Shown: positions 25,373 to 34,954 of the stretch, in pieces
How the letters are laid out: each line of letters begins with the position of its first letter
How positions within the stretch are numbered: position 1 is the first letter of the stretch
Source: Acidimicrobiales bacterium
GTDB taxonomy: Bacteria > Actinomycetota > Acidimicrobiia > Acidimicrobiales > SZUA-35
Assembly: GCA_020630195.1 (NCBI GenBank)
Contig: JAHDBV010000001.1
Location: 72,314-136,313, forward strand
DNA: 64,000 nucleotides
Direction: 5' to 3'
Made by a program: the position numbers and the translations under genes
Notes under the pieces: model-generated
Seen by the model: only the letters and a program-made list of their open reading frames with translations
What the model was told of the DNA's origin: nothing
The model's database searches: none

Positions 25373-26677
25373 ATGACGATCTCGGATCGTGGCGATGCCA
25401 CCGAGCGGATCCGGTGCCATCGAGGCCCGGTCGCGGTGGACGTCGACGGTGTCCTCGTGCCCGGACGCCTGACGGCCTCCTACCTGGAGAGTCTCCGTCC
25501 GAGACTGCTTGCGCTCGGGGTCGTCGCAATCATGGCCATCCTGCACCGAGACGAGTCGGGCCCGAAGCATGAACGTCGCGCAGCTCGGCTGTTCGCTCGG
25601 TTCCTACCTAGGTCCGTCAAGCGCTGGGAACGGTCGCTTCGCCACGAGGTCGGTGCTGGCTCCACGGTCGAGGCGGTCAGGTCCCATGGGGATCGTCTCG
25701 CCCTTCGGAGTGATGCGCCCGCTCCCCTGCTCGCTGCGTTGGAACGGGTTCTCGATCTCAACCCGGGCTCATCAGGAGCATTGGCAGCCGCCCGGTCGAA
25801 CGATCAAATGATCGTCACATCGGAAACGTACGCCGACGACGGCGGCGCCATTCGCGCCGTCGTGCCTGACCGGCCACGGACGAGTGCTTTCCGCAACACC
25901 TACTTCCCGTTCCGGTACCTGTCCGTCGTGAAGCGACCCGGCGCCCGGTACGTCTGGAAGGTGGCGAAGGAGGATCTGGCGCTCTGGATCCTCGGGAGCG
26001 TCTGGCTCGCCACGAACCCGATCCCGCATGCGTTCGGTCTGGTGTTCCTCGCCATCGCGTTCTGGGCCATCTACGAGTACGGCTACGTCGACAACGATCG
26101 CGCTGCCGACCGATTCGAGCGGACGCCTCAACTCACCGAGGCGTACCACGAGCAAGCGATGACCGTGCACTGGGCGAAGCCCGTTGCCGTCGCGGCGGTG
26201 TCGAGCACGATCGGCCTCGTTCTCCTCCGCTGGCCGGACCAACCGACCCTCGGCGACGCAGCCGCCTGGGGTGCGGTGCTGGCCGTCACGGCGAGTGTCT
26301 TCTTCGTTTACAATCGCATCGACAAGACGACGCGGGTTCTCGTGTTCCCCGTGCTCCAGCTGCTCAGAACCGGTTCGTTCGCCGTGCTGGTTCCGACGAC
26401 CGCCGTGGCGGATCTCGCGATCGCCACGATCGTGATGGTCCGCTCCTTCCACTACCACGCCTACCGCTCTCGGCGAGAGGGCTGGCCGGACGACGACCTG
26501 ACCGCTGTTCGGCTCATCGTGTTCGCCTCGGCGACAGCGCTCCTCGCTTCGCAGGATGGTTGGGGGACGCTCGTCTCCGCCACGACCGTCTCGCTCCTTC
26601 TGTGGCAGGCGTTCCTGGCCAATCGCACCATTCGGACAGCGCTTCGGCGAGCTCGCTGGATCGCTTCCGGCGAGTAG
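25373..26677 (+). CDS. Hypothetical polytopic membrane protein with soluble N-terminal region (family not recognised)
   Basis: ATG 25373 lies inside ORF 25199..26677. The N-terminal roughly 200 aa contain VDVDGVLV (DxDG-like). The C-terminal roughly 230 aa have 6-7 hydrophobic helices and the Asp-rich loop YGYVDNDRAADRFE. Confidence 0.4.
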   Translation: MTISDRGDATERIRCHRGPVAVDVDGVLVPGRLTASYLESLRPRLLALGVVAIMAILHRDESGPKHERRAARLFARFLPRSVKRWERSLRHEVGAGSTVEAVRSHGDRLALRSDAPAPLLAALERVLDLNPGSSGALAAARSNDQMIVTSETYADDGGAIRAVVPDRPRTSAFRNTYFPFRYLSVVKRPGARYVWKVAKEDLALWILGSVWLATNPIPHAFGLVFLAIAFWAIYEYGYVDNDRAADRFERTPQLTEAYHEQAMTVHWAKPVAVAAVSSTIGLVLLRWPDQPTLGDAAAWGAVLAVTASVFFVYNRIDKTTRVLVFPVLQLLRTGSFAVLVPTTAVADLAIATIVMVRSFHYHAYRSRREGWPDDDLTAVRLIVFASATALLASQDGWGTLVSATTVSLLLWQAFLANRTIRTALRRARWIASGE

Positions 26678-26796
26678 CCGGAGCGGGCCGACACACCCTG
26701 GGTAACTCGACCCAGCACCGCTGGATGACATTCCGGTTCCAACCGCTGGGAAGACCGAGCCACTGTGGTAGCACTACTGGGTGCGTGGCGGCGCAC

Positions 26797-28383
26797 ATGA
26801 GATCGGCGGGAGTTCCTGTGGGCAAGCTCGTGAGAAAGCGACGATTCGTCTGGTTCATGCAGACGGTTGACGCTGCCCTCCTGTTGATGGTCTGGATCGG
26901 CGTCTTCGTCGGCACGAACATCACGGTGACGGACGTTCGATCCTCCGGACGAGGCGGGGCGCTTGGAGTCGTGGCCGCAGTCGTCATCCTGGCGCTGTTC
27001 CATCGGCGTGGGATCTACTCCGGCCGGCCGACGTTGCCACGGACCGAGGAGATCAGCCGACTCGTGACGTCAGTGGCGATCGGCGCGGCGACGACCGTGG
27101 TGGTCGCCCAGTTCCTCGATTGGCAGGTGGGGGCGTGGGAGATCCTGGTCGCCGTTCCCGCCACGATCGTGGTGCTGACCCTCGCTCGGGGCTTCTTTCG
27201 GACGATCGTGTCCGAGCTGACCCAGCGGGATCAGCCCGAGCGGGTTGTCGTGGTTGGCGGCGGTGTCGAGGCGAAGGAGATCGTCGATCTCATCACCACG
27301 CATCCCGAGGCGGGTTTCGCCTGTGTTGGCGTCATCGGCAACGTCGACGTCGCCGAGGCCTCCGGTCTCGGCGATCGCTGGCTGGGTGATGTCGAGGATC
27401 TCGTCGTGCTGATGCACCGTCACAGCGTGTCGGGCGCCATCGTGTGCTCCACGGGGTTCCGGGCCGAGGCCTTCCGGAGCATCTCGTCGGAGCTTCTCGA
27501 CGCCGGCTATGACGTGCAGCTGTCGACCGGCGTGACCAGGCTTTGGACGGGCCGGTTCGAGGTCCGCTCGCTCTCCCACGAGCCGCTCGTCGTGATGGGG
27601 CACCGTCGGCCGCTTTCACGCTGGGAGCTGGCGATCAAACGGGCCATCGATGTGGTGGGCGCTGTCGTGGCCCTCCTCCTCTTCGCTCCGGTGATGCTCG
27701 CCGTCGCTGCGGCCATCAAGCTGGAGGACCGTGGCCCGGTGTTCTTCCGGCAGCAACGGGCCGGGAAGGACGCCGAGTTCTTCGGGATGATCAAGTTTCG
27801 CTCGATGGTGACGAACGCCGAGGAGCTCAAGGCGATGCTGGCGGAGCAGAACGAGCGGAGCGGGCCGCTTTTCAAGATGACAGACGACCCGCGGATCACA
27901 CGCGTCGGCAGGGTAATCCGGGGCACGTCATTGGACGAGCTGCCGCAGCTCCTGAACGTGCTCAAGGGCGACATGAGCCTGGTGGGTCCTCGTCCGGCCC
28001 TGGTCGAGGAGGAGGCGGCGTTCGACGGCGAGATGCGCGAGCGCTTCGACGTGCGCCCGGGCATCACCGGTCTCTGGCAGGTGGAGGCCCGCTCGAACGC
28101 CGAGTTCGGTGCCTACAAGCGCCTGGATCTGCACTACGTGGAGAACTGGAGCCTCGGGCTCGATCTCCGGATCCTCCTCGCAACCGCCGAGCAGACCGCG
28201 GTCTCATTGCTGCTCGCGCCTGTCACGGCCCTGCTCGGACGAAACTCGCAAGAGGCGATTCGATCGTCCGAAGCCACGGAATCAGACGATGCTGACAGCG
28301 TCATCGACCTGCGCGAACGGGCCGTCGCCCGGGCCAGAGCCACACCGGCGAGCCCGCCCATGGCCGACGATTCGAGCACCTGA
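26797..28383 (+). CDS. Large polyprenyl glycosylphosphotransferase (WbaP/CpsE-like, with central CoA-binding-like domain), PGT-2
   Basis: ATG 26797 lies inside ORF 26560..28383. There are four N-terminal TM helices, a VVVVGGGVEAKEIVDLI Rossmann-like segment, then KRAIDVVGAVVALLLFAPVML, IKFRSM and DELPQLLNVLKGDMSLVGPRP. Confidence 0.85.
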   Translation: MRSAGVPVGKLVRKRRFVWFMQTVDAALLLMVWIGVFVGTNITVTDVRSSGRGGALGVVAAVVILALFHRRGIYSGRPTLPRTEEISRLVTSVAIGAATTVVVAQFLDWQVGAWEILVAVPATIVVLTLARGFFRTIVSELTQRDQPERVVVVGGGVEAKEIVDLITTHPEAGFACVGVIGNVDVAEASGLGDRWLGDVEDLVVLMHRHSVSGAIVCSTGFRAEAFRSISSELLDAGYDVQLSTGVTRLWTGRFEVRSLSHEPLVVMGHRRPLSRWELAIKRAIDVVGAVVALLLFAPVMLAVAAAIKLEDRGPVFFRQQRAGKDAEFFGMIKFRSMVTNAEELKAMLAEQNERSGPLFKMTDDPRITRVGRVIRGTSLDELPQLLNVLKGDMSLVGPRPALVEEEAAFDGEMRERFDVRPGITGLWQVEARSNAEFGAYKRLDLHYVENWSLGLDLRILLATAEQTAVSLLLAPVTALLGRNSQEAIRSSEATESDDADSVIDLRERAVARARATPASPPMADDSST

Positions 28384-28481
28384 CTGGTATCGACACCCCC
28401 CCGGTTGTAGGGGGAGTGAGTCGACCCTCCCTCCTGTGCCCCGAGGCGGCATAGCATGGCCGCTCGGCCGCACGCGAGGAC

Positions 28482-30239
28482 TTGGATGTGGTGGAAACCG
28501 ATCTCGATGAACTGACCCTGCATGACTATCTCCGGGTGATGCGCCGACGTTGGCGTTGGGGCATCGTTCCGGCGATCGCCATCCCTCTCTTGGTGATCCT
28601 CTGGTCGAGCTCGCAGCCCGATCGGTTCTCGGCAACTGCTCGCGTGCTCGTTGCGACGAGCGCAGCGGAGGACACGATCAACGGTGGGGGCAGGAATCTC
28701 GGCATCGAGAACCGCGAGCTCATCAACGAGATCAATCTCGCTCAGTCGGAGGTCGTGGCTTCGCAGGTCGAGGCCTCCGTCGGCTTCGAACCGAACATGA
28801 CGATCGAGGCCGCACGAGACGCCGACGTCCTCGAGTTCACGGCGATAGAGGCGACTCCCGCGGCGGCCGCAGGTGCCGCGAACGCGTGGGCGGAGGTCTA
28901 TGTCGCCCAGAAGCAGAGTGACGCACTCGCCTCGCTCGAACAGGCAGCGTCGTCGCTCCAGCAGCGTCTGGAAGACCTCCGACGCGATCGAGCCGGGGTA
29001 CGAGAGCCGCTCGACGCCGCCGAGGACGCAGCAGCGGCCGCCGCCGACGCTGTCCTCGTCGCTCAGACCATTGCCGCGAGCGCCGGCGAACCGACAGCAC
29101 TGCAGCTCCGAGATCTCGCAGAGGCACAAGCGGAGCTCGCCCGACTCGAGTCCGCCCGCGATCGCATCGAATCGGACCTGAGCCCTGAACTCACGGTCAT
29201 CGACGCGCAGATCCGTACGGTGTCGGAGAGCGTCGCCGACCTCGGGATCCAAGGCGAGCTGGCCGGTCTCGGGAGTGCTCGGCTCATCGATGTCGCTGCC
29301 GAACCCGTCGGTCCTTTCGGCAGCTCACCGGTGCGGAACGGGCTGATCGGCGTCGTTCTTGGCGCACTCGTCGCAGCAGGTGTCATGTTGCTGCGAGACA
29401 ACCTGGACGATTCGATCACGTCCCCGTCGGATATCGAGAAGTCCGTGGGGATCCCAGTTCTGGGGGCGATCGCTGTAGCGAAGGGAATCGACACCACCGA
29501 GCTGTCGCGCGCCACGCTCACGCAGCCGCTCAGCCCGGTCGCCGAGGGCTACCACCGCGTTCGGACCGCTCTGCAGTTCGCCATGATGGGAAGCTCAGTG
29601 CGAACAGTCCTCGTGACGTCTGCGAACATGAGCGAGGGAAAGACCACCACGTCAACCAACCTGGCCTGGGCCATGACCGTCGGCCAGAAGCGCACAGTCC
29701 TCGTCGACTGCGACTTCCGGCGCCCGCGAGTGCACTCCGTCTACGGGCTCAAGCTCTCGCCTGGCGTGACCGATCACTTCATGAGCGGCACACCGATCGC
29801 GGACCTTGTCGCCAAAGTCGAGCACGAGGGTTCTGCGCTCGGCATCGTCTCGACCGGAGAGCTTCCGCCGAACCCGGGCGACTTCGTGGCGTCCCCTCTC
29901 TTCGTCCAGCTGATCGACGATCTGAAACAAGATTCGGATCTCGTCATCATGGACGGACCGCCGACCTTGGCTGTCTCCGATTCGCTCACCTTGAGCGGGT
30001 ACGCCGACGGGGTAGTTTTGACCGTGCTTGCTGGAAGCACCACGCAGAACCAGCTTGAGGCGTCGGTCGATGCGCTCAACAAGGTTGGCGCACGCATCTT
30101 CGGCGCAGTGCTCATCGGCGTCGACGGCTCGTCTCCGTACGGCTACTCCGGGCGCTACGAGTACCGATCGGACACAGACTCCGTGCGCGCCACCCGGTTC
30201 AACCGATCGTGGACCGGCGACAACGCAAGCAACGATTAG
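28482..30239 (+). CDS. Wzz-type chain-length determinant fused to BY-family tyrosine autokinase (copy 2)
   Basis: Wzz N-terminus (LHDYLRVMRRRWRWGIVPAIAIPLLVILW) and a coiled coil. Walker A TSANMSEGKTT, Walker A' VLVDCDFRRP and Walker B LVIMDGPPT. The Tyr cluster is PYGYSGRYEYRS. TTG 28482 is taken as the start, with GTG 28488/28491 as alternatives. Confidence 0.85.
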   Translation: MDVVETDLDELTLHDYLRVMRRRWRWGIVPAIAIPLLVILWSSSQPDRFSATARVLVATSAAEDTINGGGRNLGIENRELINEINLAQSEVVASQVEASVGFEPNMTIEAARDADVLEFTAIEATPAAAAGAANAWAEVYVAQKQSDALASLEQAASSLQQRLEDLRRDRAGVREPLDAAEDAAAAAADAVLVAQTIAASAGEPTALQLRDLAEAQAELARLESARDRIESDLSPELTVIDAQIRTVSESVADLGIQGELAGLGSARLIDVAAEPVGPFGSSPVRNGLIGVVLGALVAAGVMLLRDNLDDSITSPSDIEKSVGIPVLGAIAVAKGIDTTELSRATLTQPLSPVAEGYHRVRTALQFAMMGSSVRTVLVTSANMSEGKTTTSTNLAWAMTVGQKRTVLVDCDFRRPRVHSVYGLKLSPGVTDHFMSGTPIADLVAKVEHEGSALGIVSTGELPPNPGDFVASPLFVQLIDDLKQDSDLVIMDGPPTLAVSDSLTLSGYADGVVLTVLAGSTTQNQLEASVDALNKVGARIFGAVLIGVDGSSPYGYSGRYEYRSDTDSVRATRFNRSWTGDNASND

Positions 30240-30451
30240 GTGGCCGAGACTATGCAGTCGGGCCGATCCGATCGATGCGGCGGACACGGAACTGCGACAG
30301 TCACTGAGGAGGGTCGAATGATCGATTTCAGAAGAAATGGACATCGCCTCGCGCTGCGGGCCTCCGATCGAGACTTCCCCCAGGCATCTTCGTGCGGCGT
30401 CGCCGCCGCTAGCAAGACCACCACACCCGTCGTGCTGCGCGAGGGAGTGAG

Positions 30452-31606
30452 GTGACTCCGGTGCTTCGTTCAAAGACAGCTGTTCTGCTTGGCGTCAGCC
30501 TGGCCAACCTCTGGTACGTGTACGGCGGCTACGCCAGGGTGATGACGCTCGTTGCCCGGCGAGCGCCAGCCCCGGTTCCCCGACGCCTTGAGTCCTCCAA
30601 CGACCTCGTCGTCGTCTACCTCGGCCTCAAGGACGAGGAGGAGACTATTCGACCGCGCCTCGCCAATCTGCTCGATACCGACTACCCGGTCGACCGGCTC
30701 CACGTTCTGTGCGTCTTGGACGGGTGCGCCGACGACACGCTCGGAGAGATCGAGCGATTCCACTCCCAGCACCCCGAGCTCAGTCTTGAGATCGTCGACT
30801 ACCCCACGTCGAGCGGGAAGTGGCGCACCCAGAATCTCGCAGCTGAGCGATTTCCTGAAGCAATTCTCATCTCGACCGATGCGGAAACCAGTTTCGATCG
30901 CCGCACGATCCCCGAGCTCGTTGCGAGCTTTGCCGACCCCACGGTCGGCGTCGCCGCTGGCCTCGTTACCTACGAGGCCACGTCGGCGATCGGCAAAGCC
31001 TACGGGGACTATCGCGAGATGGAGGATCGCCTGCGCGAGGCGGAGAGCCTGGCCGGGGTGCTCAATCGCTGCGACGCCCCGTGTGTCGCCTACCGCCCTG
31101 CCGTGTGGCGCCCGATCGAGAAATTCGAAGACGTCGATCAGGTCGTCTGTGTGTTGGCCCGGCTCAGCGGCCATCGATCGGTGCACGTTCGAACTGCGAG
31201 GGCGGTCGACCGTGCCAACGTCTCGAGTGGTCAGGACATCAGGCAGCGGGCCCGCATGGCGAAGAAGACGCTGCTCACGTACCAACACCGTTGGGGACGA
31301 CAGGAGATCGTCGACGACCCCTACTTCACGTGGGCGCTGTATTCGCACAAGATGACCCGGTTCGCGTCGCCCATGTGGACGGTGGTGGTGCTCCTATCCG
31401 GCGGTGCAACGGCGCAGGGGCTGCTCGGGACGGCTCGCTTCCTCGGCGCTGTGACGGTCGGCGCGGGGCTCGTCGGTGGCGTCCCGAAGCTGCAAGGACT
31501 TGCGGTCTCATACCTCACCGCACAGGCCGGCTTCGCTCTCGGTGTGTACCAGTACCTCTCGGGAAACCGAGAGGGGAAGTACGAGCCGATGCGCCACTCC
31601 CGCTGA
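30452..31606 (+). CDS. Membrane-embedded GT2 glycosyltransferase (synthase-like architecture)
   Basis: N-terminal TM, then the GT2 core (VVVYLGLKDEEE, VLDGCADDT, ILISTDAETSF). It has a QRARM variant of the Q-x-x-R-W motif (about 31244-31258) and C-terminal TM helices. Confidence 0.7.
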   Translation: MTPVLRSKTAVLLGVSLANLWYVYGGYARVMTLVARRAPAPVPRRLESSNDLVVVYLGLKDEEETIRPRLANLLDTDYPVDRLHVLCVLDGCADDTLGEIERFHSQHPELSLEIVDYPTSSGKWRTQNLAAERFPEAILISTDAETSFDRRTIPELVASFADPTVGVAAGLVTYEATSAIGKAYGDYREMEDRLREAESLAGVLNRCDAPCVAYRPAVWRPIEKFEDVDQVVCVLARLSGHRSVHVRTARAVDRANVSSGQDIRQRARMAKKTLLTYQHRWGRQEIVDDPYFTWALYSHKMTRFASPMWTVVVLLSGGATAQGLLGTARFLGAVTVGAGLVGGVPKLQGLAVSYLTAQAGFALGVYQYLSGNREGKYEPMRHSR

Positions 31607-32862
31607 TGCGGGGCCGACTCGAGGCAACGAAGGACGGCCCGAGACGCTCCCGCTTCTTGCGGCCGGCGGCGCTGGTGCCGCTCGACAACGTCTTCACCAG
31701 CGTGGCCAACACCGCAGCACTGGTAGCCGCATCGCGAGCGCTCGAACCCGACCGGTTTGGTCGATTCGCCCTGACCCACGCACTTGTCGCTGGCAGCCTG
31801 CTGTTACTCCGAGCCAGCTTCGCAACGCCCGTGCTTCGAGCCGGGCGCGGACCAGACTCCGGTCCTCTGGCTACATCCCTGCTCCGCTCAGCGGCGGCTA
31901 GCGGAGTCGCCATTGGGCTGGCGCTGTGGGTCCTTTCCTTCGCCGTACTCCGCCTTGCCGACTTACACGATGCTCTATGGCTGTGCGCGGTCTGCCCCAT
32001 CGGGGCTATGACTGAGATCTTCCGCGCAGATGCAATACGGCGGGGGCATGCCGCCCGTGCTGTTGCGGTTTCCGGCGTCTGGGCGATCACAACGGTCGCT
32101 GTTGGTGGTGCTGCCATTGCTGGGGTAGGCGACGGCGCCCGGTTGGCTACAGCGGCATGGCTTACGGGTAGCGCACTTGCCTTCTTCGTAGGGCTTGGGG
32201 CCTTCCCGTTCGTGCCGGGCGGAGGCGGGGCGCGGTCAATCCGCCGAGAGGCAACCGGCCTCGGGGCGGAGGCGCTCTTCCTCGTCGGCAGATTCCAGGT
32301 CTTCCTTCTCCTGCTCGCTGCGGTTGTGGGGCCAGCCGTTGCAGGCTCCGTGCGCTTCGCTTTCACGCTCGTAGGTCCAGCAAACACGTTGCTTGGCGGC
32401 TGGCGTCGACATCTCATAGCGGCGCCGGCTGATGTGAGTCCCTGGGGTAGGCGCCGTCTTGGCCCGCCGGTACTTGGAGGGTCGGTCTTACTGGCCGCTG
32501 TCGCACTTGCACCAGAGCGACTGCTCGACGCCGTCCAGGGAAATTCGACTGCGGCATCCTATCTCATCGCTGTGGCACTTGCGGTTGCCCTCACAAGTGT
32601 TGACGTCGTTGTGCAGGCATACCTGATCTCGGGTGGCCGGATTCGTGAACTCGTCGCTGCTCGAGCGCTCGAGGCCTCGTTGTGGTGGTTCGTCTTGCTT
32701 GTGATCTGGGCGACTTCCGCCGAGATCATCGGCGTCGCTATTACCGCAGCTGCCGCTGCGAGCACACTCGGTTGGGTAGCTACTGGGCTTCGAACCCGCA
32801 CTGAGTCCCGGAAGACCCGAACGGGGGCAACTGGTACCTTAGAAGCGCAGGACGGCGCATAG
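31606..32862 (+). CDS. Polytopic membrane protein, Wzx/MOP flippase-like (copy 2, weak)
   Basis: ATG 31606 shares one nt with the previous stop (TGATG). The upstream part of ORF 31081..32862 overlaps the GT2 in another frame. About 418 aa, Ala/Leu/Gly-rich with 10 or more hydrophobic helices. Assigned from architecture and context only. Confidence 0.4.
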   Translation: MRGRLEATKDGPRRSRFLRPAALVPLDNVFTSVANTAALVAASRALEPDRFGRFALTHALVAGSLLLLRASFATPVLRAGRGPDSGPLATSLLRSAAASGVAIGLALWVLSFAVLRLADLHDALWLCAVCPIGAMTEIFRADAIRRGHAARAVAVSGVWAITTVAVGGAAIAGVGDGARLATAAWLTGSALAFFVGLGAFPFVPGGGGARSIRREATGLGAEALFLVGRFQVFLLLLAAVVGPAVAGSVRFAFTLVGPANTLLGGWRRHLIAAPADVSPWGRRRLGPPVLGGSVLLAAVALAPERLLDAVQGNSTAASYLIAVALAVALTSVDVVVQAYLISGGRIRELVAARALEASLWWFVLLVIWATSAEIIGVAITAAAAASTLGWVATGLRTRTESRKTRTGATGTLEAQDGA

Positions 32863-32874
32863 CTCGAACAACTG

Positions 32875-34086
32875 TCAGGCTTGGGCGCGTCGAGCAAAGT
32901 CTGGGCCTTGAGCAGCACTGAAGCTCCGCCGCGAACGGGCACGTCGAAGCGCGACGGCAAGAGCGAGCAGCAAAGCCGCCGGGGTGACGAGGGCCGACAG
33001 ACCGAACGCCGTCGCCCTTACGAGGAGAACTAGCAGGCAACTGTGAAGCAGAAGACCTGCACTTCTCATCTGGTGAATCCACAGGCTGTCCCACATCCAC
33101 AGCGGCACCAGTGCCACGGCGAACCAGACCCACCACTCGGCACCGAAATTGCCGACAAAGTCACCGATCGGGGGGTACGATCCGCCGACTGTCGTGGAAT
33201 CTGGAAAGTCCCGCCGCCAGACCGCCTGCTGAAGCGTCGCCTCAGCCCCCCCGATGCGAGAGCGCACGTCACGGACGAACCACTCACCCGAATAACTCTG
33301 TTCGTCCGCTAGCTCAGCGGCGATCTCGATCTGGTAGCTCGGCGTGTACACGACTCGGTTGGCAAGTGCTCCGTAGACGCCCTGATCGGCCTGCGGTCGA
33401 AGCGCTGTCAGCCCGATCACAACCGCCAGCATCGCAAGGCCAACCAATTTCAGAGTCTTCGAATCCGGCCGAGAACGAAGATGAGATGCGGCTACGACAA
33501 CCGCAAGCAGACCGGTGAGGGCGAGTCCACGGAATCCAACGAACACCGACGCCATCGACATTGCGAAGGCGAAGACAGCCCACGGATGGGTCAGTTTCCC
33601 GTAGGCGAAGGCGAAGACCAGGAAGCCGAGCGGCATCGCATAGCCGAGAATCAGAACGAGCGCAGGCGAGCCCTCTCGAAAGTCCGATCGTCCGACACCC
33701 GTCACAATCGCAACAGTCAGCGACGTCGCCAGGATAAGGAACGCAGTAGCGGCGGCCACGACGAGGACGATCTTGGCCGTGTTCTTGGGGATGGGGAGAC
33801 TCGCCTGCCCTCGAGCCAAGGAAGGCCTTAGGTGTCCGGCTTGAACGAACTGAAAGCAGAGCGTGAGAGCAGCCCCAACAAGAAACTGCCTGATGACCCA
33901 GCCCTGGTCTTCGGCACGGAACTGTCCGTTCTCGTAGGGATAGGCCGAAAGCCATGACGCAAATGCGCTGAATACTGCGAGTCCGACGCTTACAACGGTC
34001 AGCAGAGTCACGCGTCCGGCTCTCCGCCATGCGTCGTTGCCGATGGCCAGAGATAGGGCCAGTGTGAGGAGCGCGAGCGCTGTCAT
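32875..34086 (-). CDS. Polytopic membrane protein, Wzy-type repeat-unit polymerase-like (copy 2, weak)
   Basis: 403 aa, about 10 TM helices and one larger loop (VYTPSYQIEIAAELADEQSYSGEWFVRDVRSRIGG). GC is lower than in the neighbours. Assigned from architecture and context. Confidence 0.4.
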   Translation of the reverse strand: MTALALLTLALSLAIGNDAWRRAGRVTLLTVVSVGLAVFSAFASWLSAYPYENGQFRAEDQGWVIRQFLVGAALTLCFQFVQAGHLRPSLARGQASLPIPKNTAKIVLVVAAATAFLILATSLTVAIVTGVGRSDFREGSPALVLILGYAMPLGFLVFAFAYGKLTHPWAVFAFAMSMASVFVGFRGLALTGLLAVVVAASHLRSRPDSKTLKLVGLAMLAVVIGLTALRPQADQGVYGALANRVVYTPSYQIEIAAELADEQSYSGEWFVRDVRSRIGGAEATLQQAVWRRDFPDSTTVGGSYPPIGDFVGNFGAEWWVWFAVALVPLWMWDSLWIHQMRSAGLLLHSCLLVLLVRATAFGLSALVTPAALLLALAVALRRARSRRSFSAAQGPDFARRAQA

Positions 34087-34101
34087 GGGCCGCCTCGGGG
34101 C

Positions 34102-34941
34102 TCAGCGCCTGCTCACGGCGGCCTCGGCGAGGAGCTTGGCACCTCGCGAATCGCCCTCCCTGAGAAAGAGGCGATTTCGGCTCTCGCCGAATCGGAACCG
34201 ATCAAACCCCGGGAGTTGAAGCTCGCCGGTCTTGATCTCCTCGATCAGTAGCGCCGGCGAGAAGTCTGCGATCGCGCCGGCGAACCCCCGGAGCACGGCT
34301 GCCTCATGGCCTTCCGCGTCGATCTTCGCGAACGAAAGAGGACGTCCCTGGCCGTAGCGCGCGACAAGGTCGTCGAGCGAATAGGTGAAGACCGTCGAGA
34401 GACCGAGCTTCTCCCCCGCTCCAAGGCCCCAGCTGTCCGGCCGGTCGCTTCCACCATCGTCAAGTGAGGCATGCCCGCTCGTTGCGCTGGCGCCAGCGAC
34501 CACGGGCAAGATATTGGACAGGCCGTTCCGTTGCGCATTGGCGATGAGCCGGCCCATCGATTCCGGGTTGGGGTCCACGGCGATGACAAGGCCAGTCGGC
34601 CCGACGAGCTTCGCAAGGCTCAGCGAGTAGAGCCCAACGCAGGATCCGACGTCGATCACCAGATCGCCCGGGCTGACGAGGTCGGCGAGGAGCACGACCT
34701 CCGGCTCGACCGCATCGCGGTACACGAATGGACCCCTCCCACCGTACCCGGCGCGATTCGGCCCGCGCAGCTCGATCCCGCTGCTGAGCTCGGCCTGAAG
34801 TTCCGCAGCTCGCGGCTTCACGGCAACGGTCGCCATACGAGCGAGCAGACTCAGTCCCGAACCGGGAACCGCATCCAAATCGGCGTCTGCATGCGGCGAG
34901 AACCGGCGAGCGAGCCGGCGTGCATATTGGTCGACGATCAT
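34102..34941 (-). CDS. FkbM-family SAM-dependent methyltransferase
   Basis: ATG 34941 lies inside ORF 34102..35217. Motifs DLVIDVGSCVGLYSLSLAK, VIAVDPNPES and SFAKIDAEGHEAAVLRGF are typical of FkbM. Confidence 0.65.
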   Translation of the reverse strand: MIVDQYARRLARRFSPHADADLDAVPGSGLSLLARMATVAVKPRAAELQAELSSGIELRGPNRAGYGGRGPFVYRDAVEPEVVLLADLVSPGDLVIDVGSCVGLYSLSLAKLVGPTGLVIAVDPNPESMGRLIANAQRNGLSNILPVVAGASATSGHASLDDGGSDRPDSWGLGAGEKLGLSTVFTYSLDDLVARYGQGRPLSFAKIDAEGHEAAVLRGFAGAIADFSPALLIEEIKTGELQLPGFDRFRFGESRNRLFLREGDSRGAKLLAEAAVSRR

Positions 34942-34954
34942 CACGGAGCGCTCC

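Noticed and set aside
25373-25980. Calling the N-terminal region of the orphan membrane protein a HAD phosphatase, and the C-terminal region a UbiA prenyltransferase
   Set aside because: Only a DxDG-like tetrapeptide is present; I could not see HAD motifs II-IV. The Asp-rich loop does not match N-D-x-x-D-x-x-x-D. I kept it as a hypothesis only, not as a feature call.
28384-28481. C5/G5 hairpin-like motifs (CCCCC-GGTTGTA-GGGGG and GGGAG-N-CTCCC) after PGT-2, considered as a terminator
   Set aside because: The stems are only 5 bp with no U-tract. The next gene is co-oriented and probably co-transcribed.
30240-30455. A 71-aa ORF filling the gap between BY-kinase 2 and the GT2 gene. It starts right after the kinase stop and ends in a GTGA overlap with the GT2 start.
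   Set aside because: My hand count gives about 66% GC3, against more than 80% for neighbouring genes. It has rare AGA/AAT/CGA codons and no recognisable motif. The AT-richer stretch (…GAATGATCGATTTCAGAAGAAATGGACAT…) looks more like a promoter or intergenic region. I cannot fully exclude a small protein.
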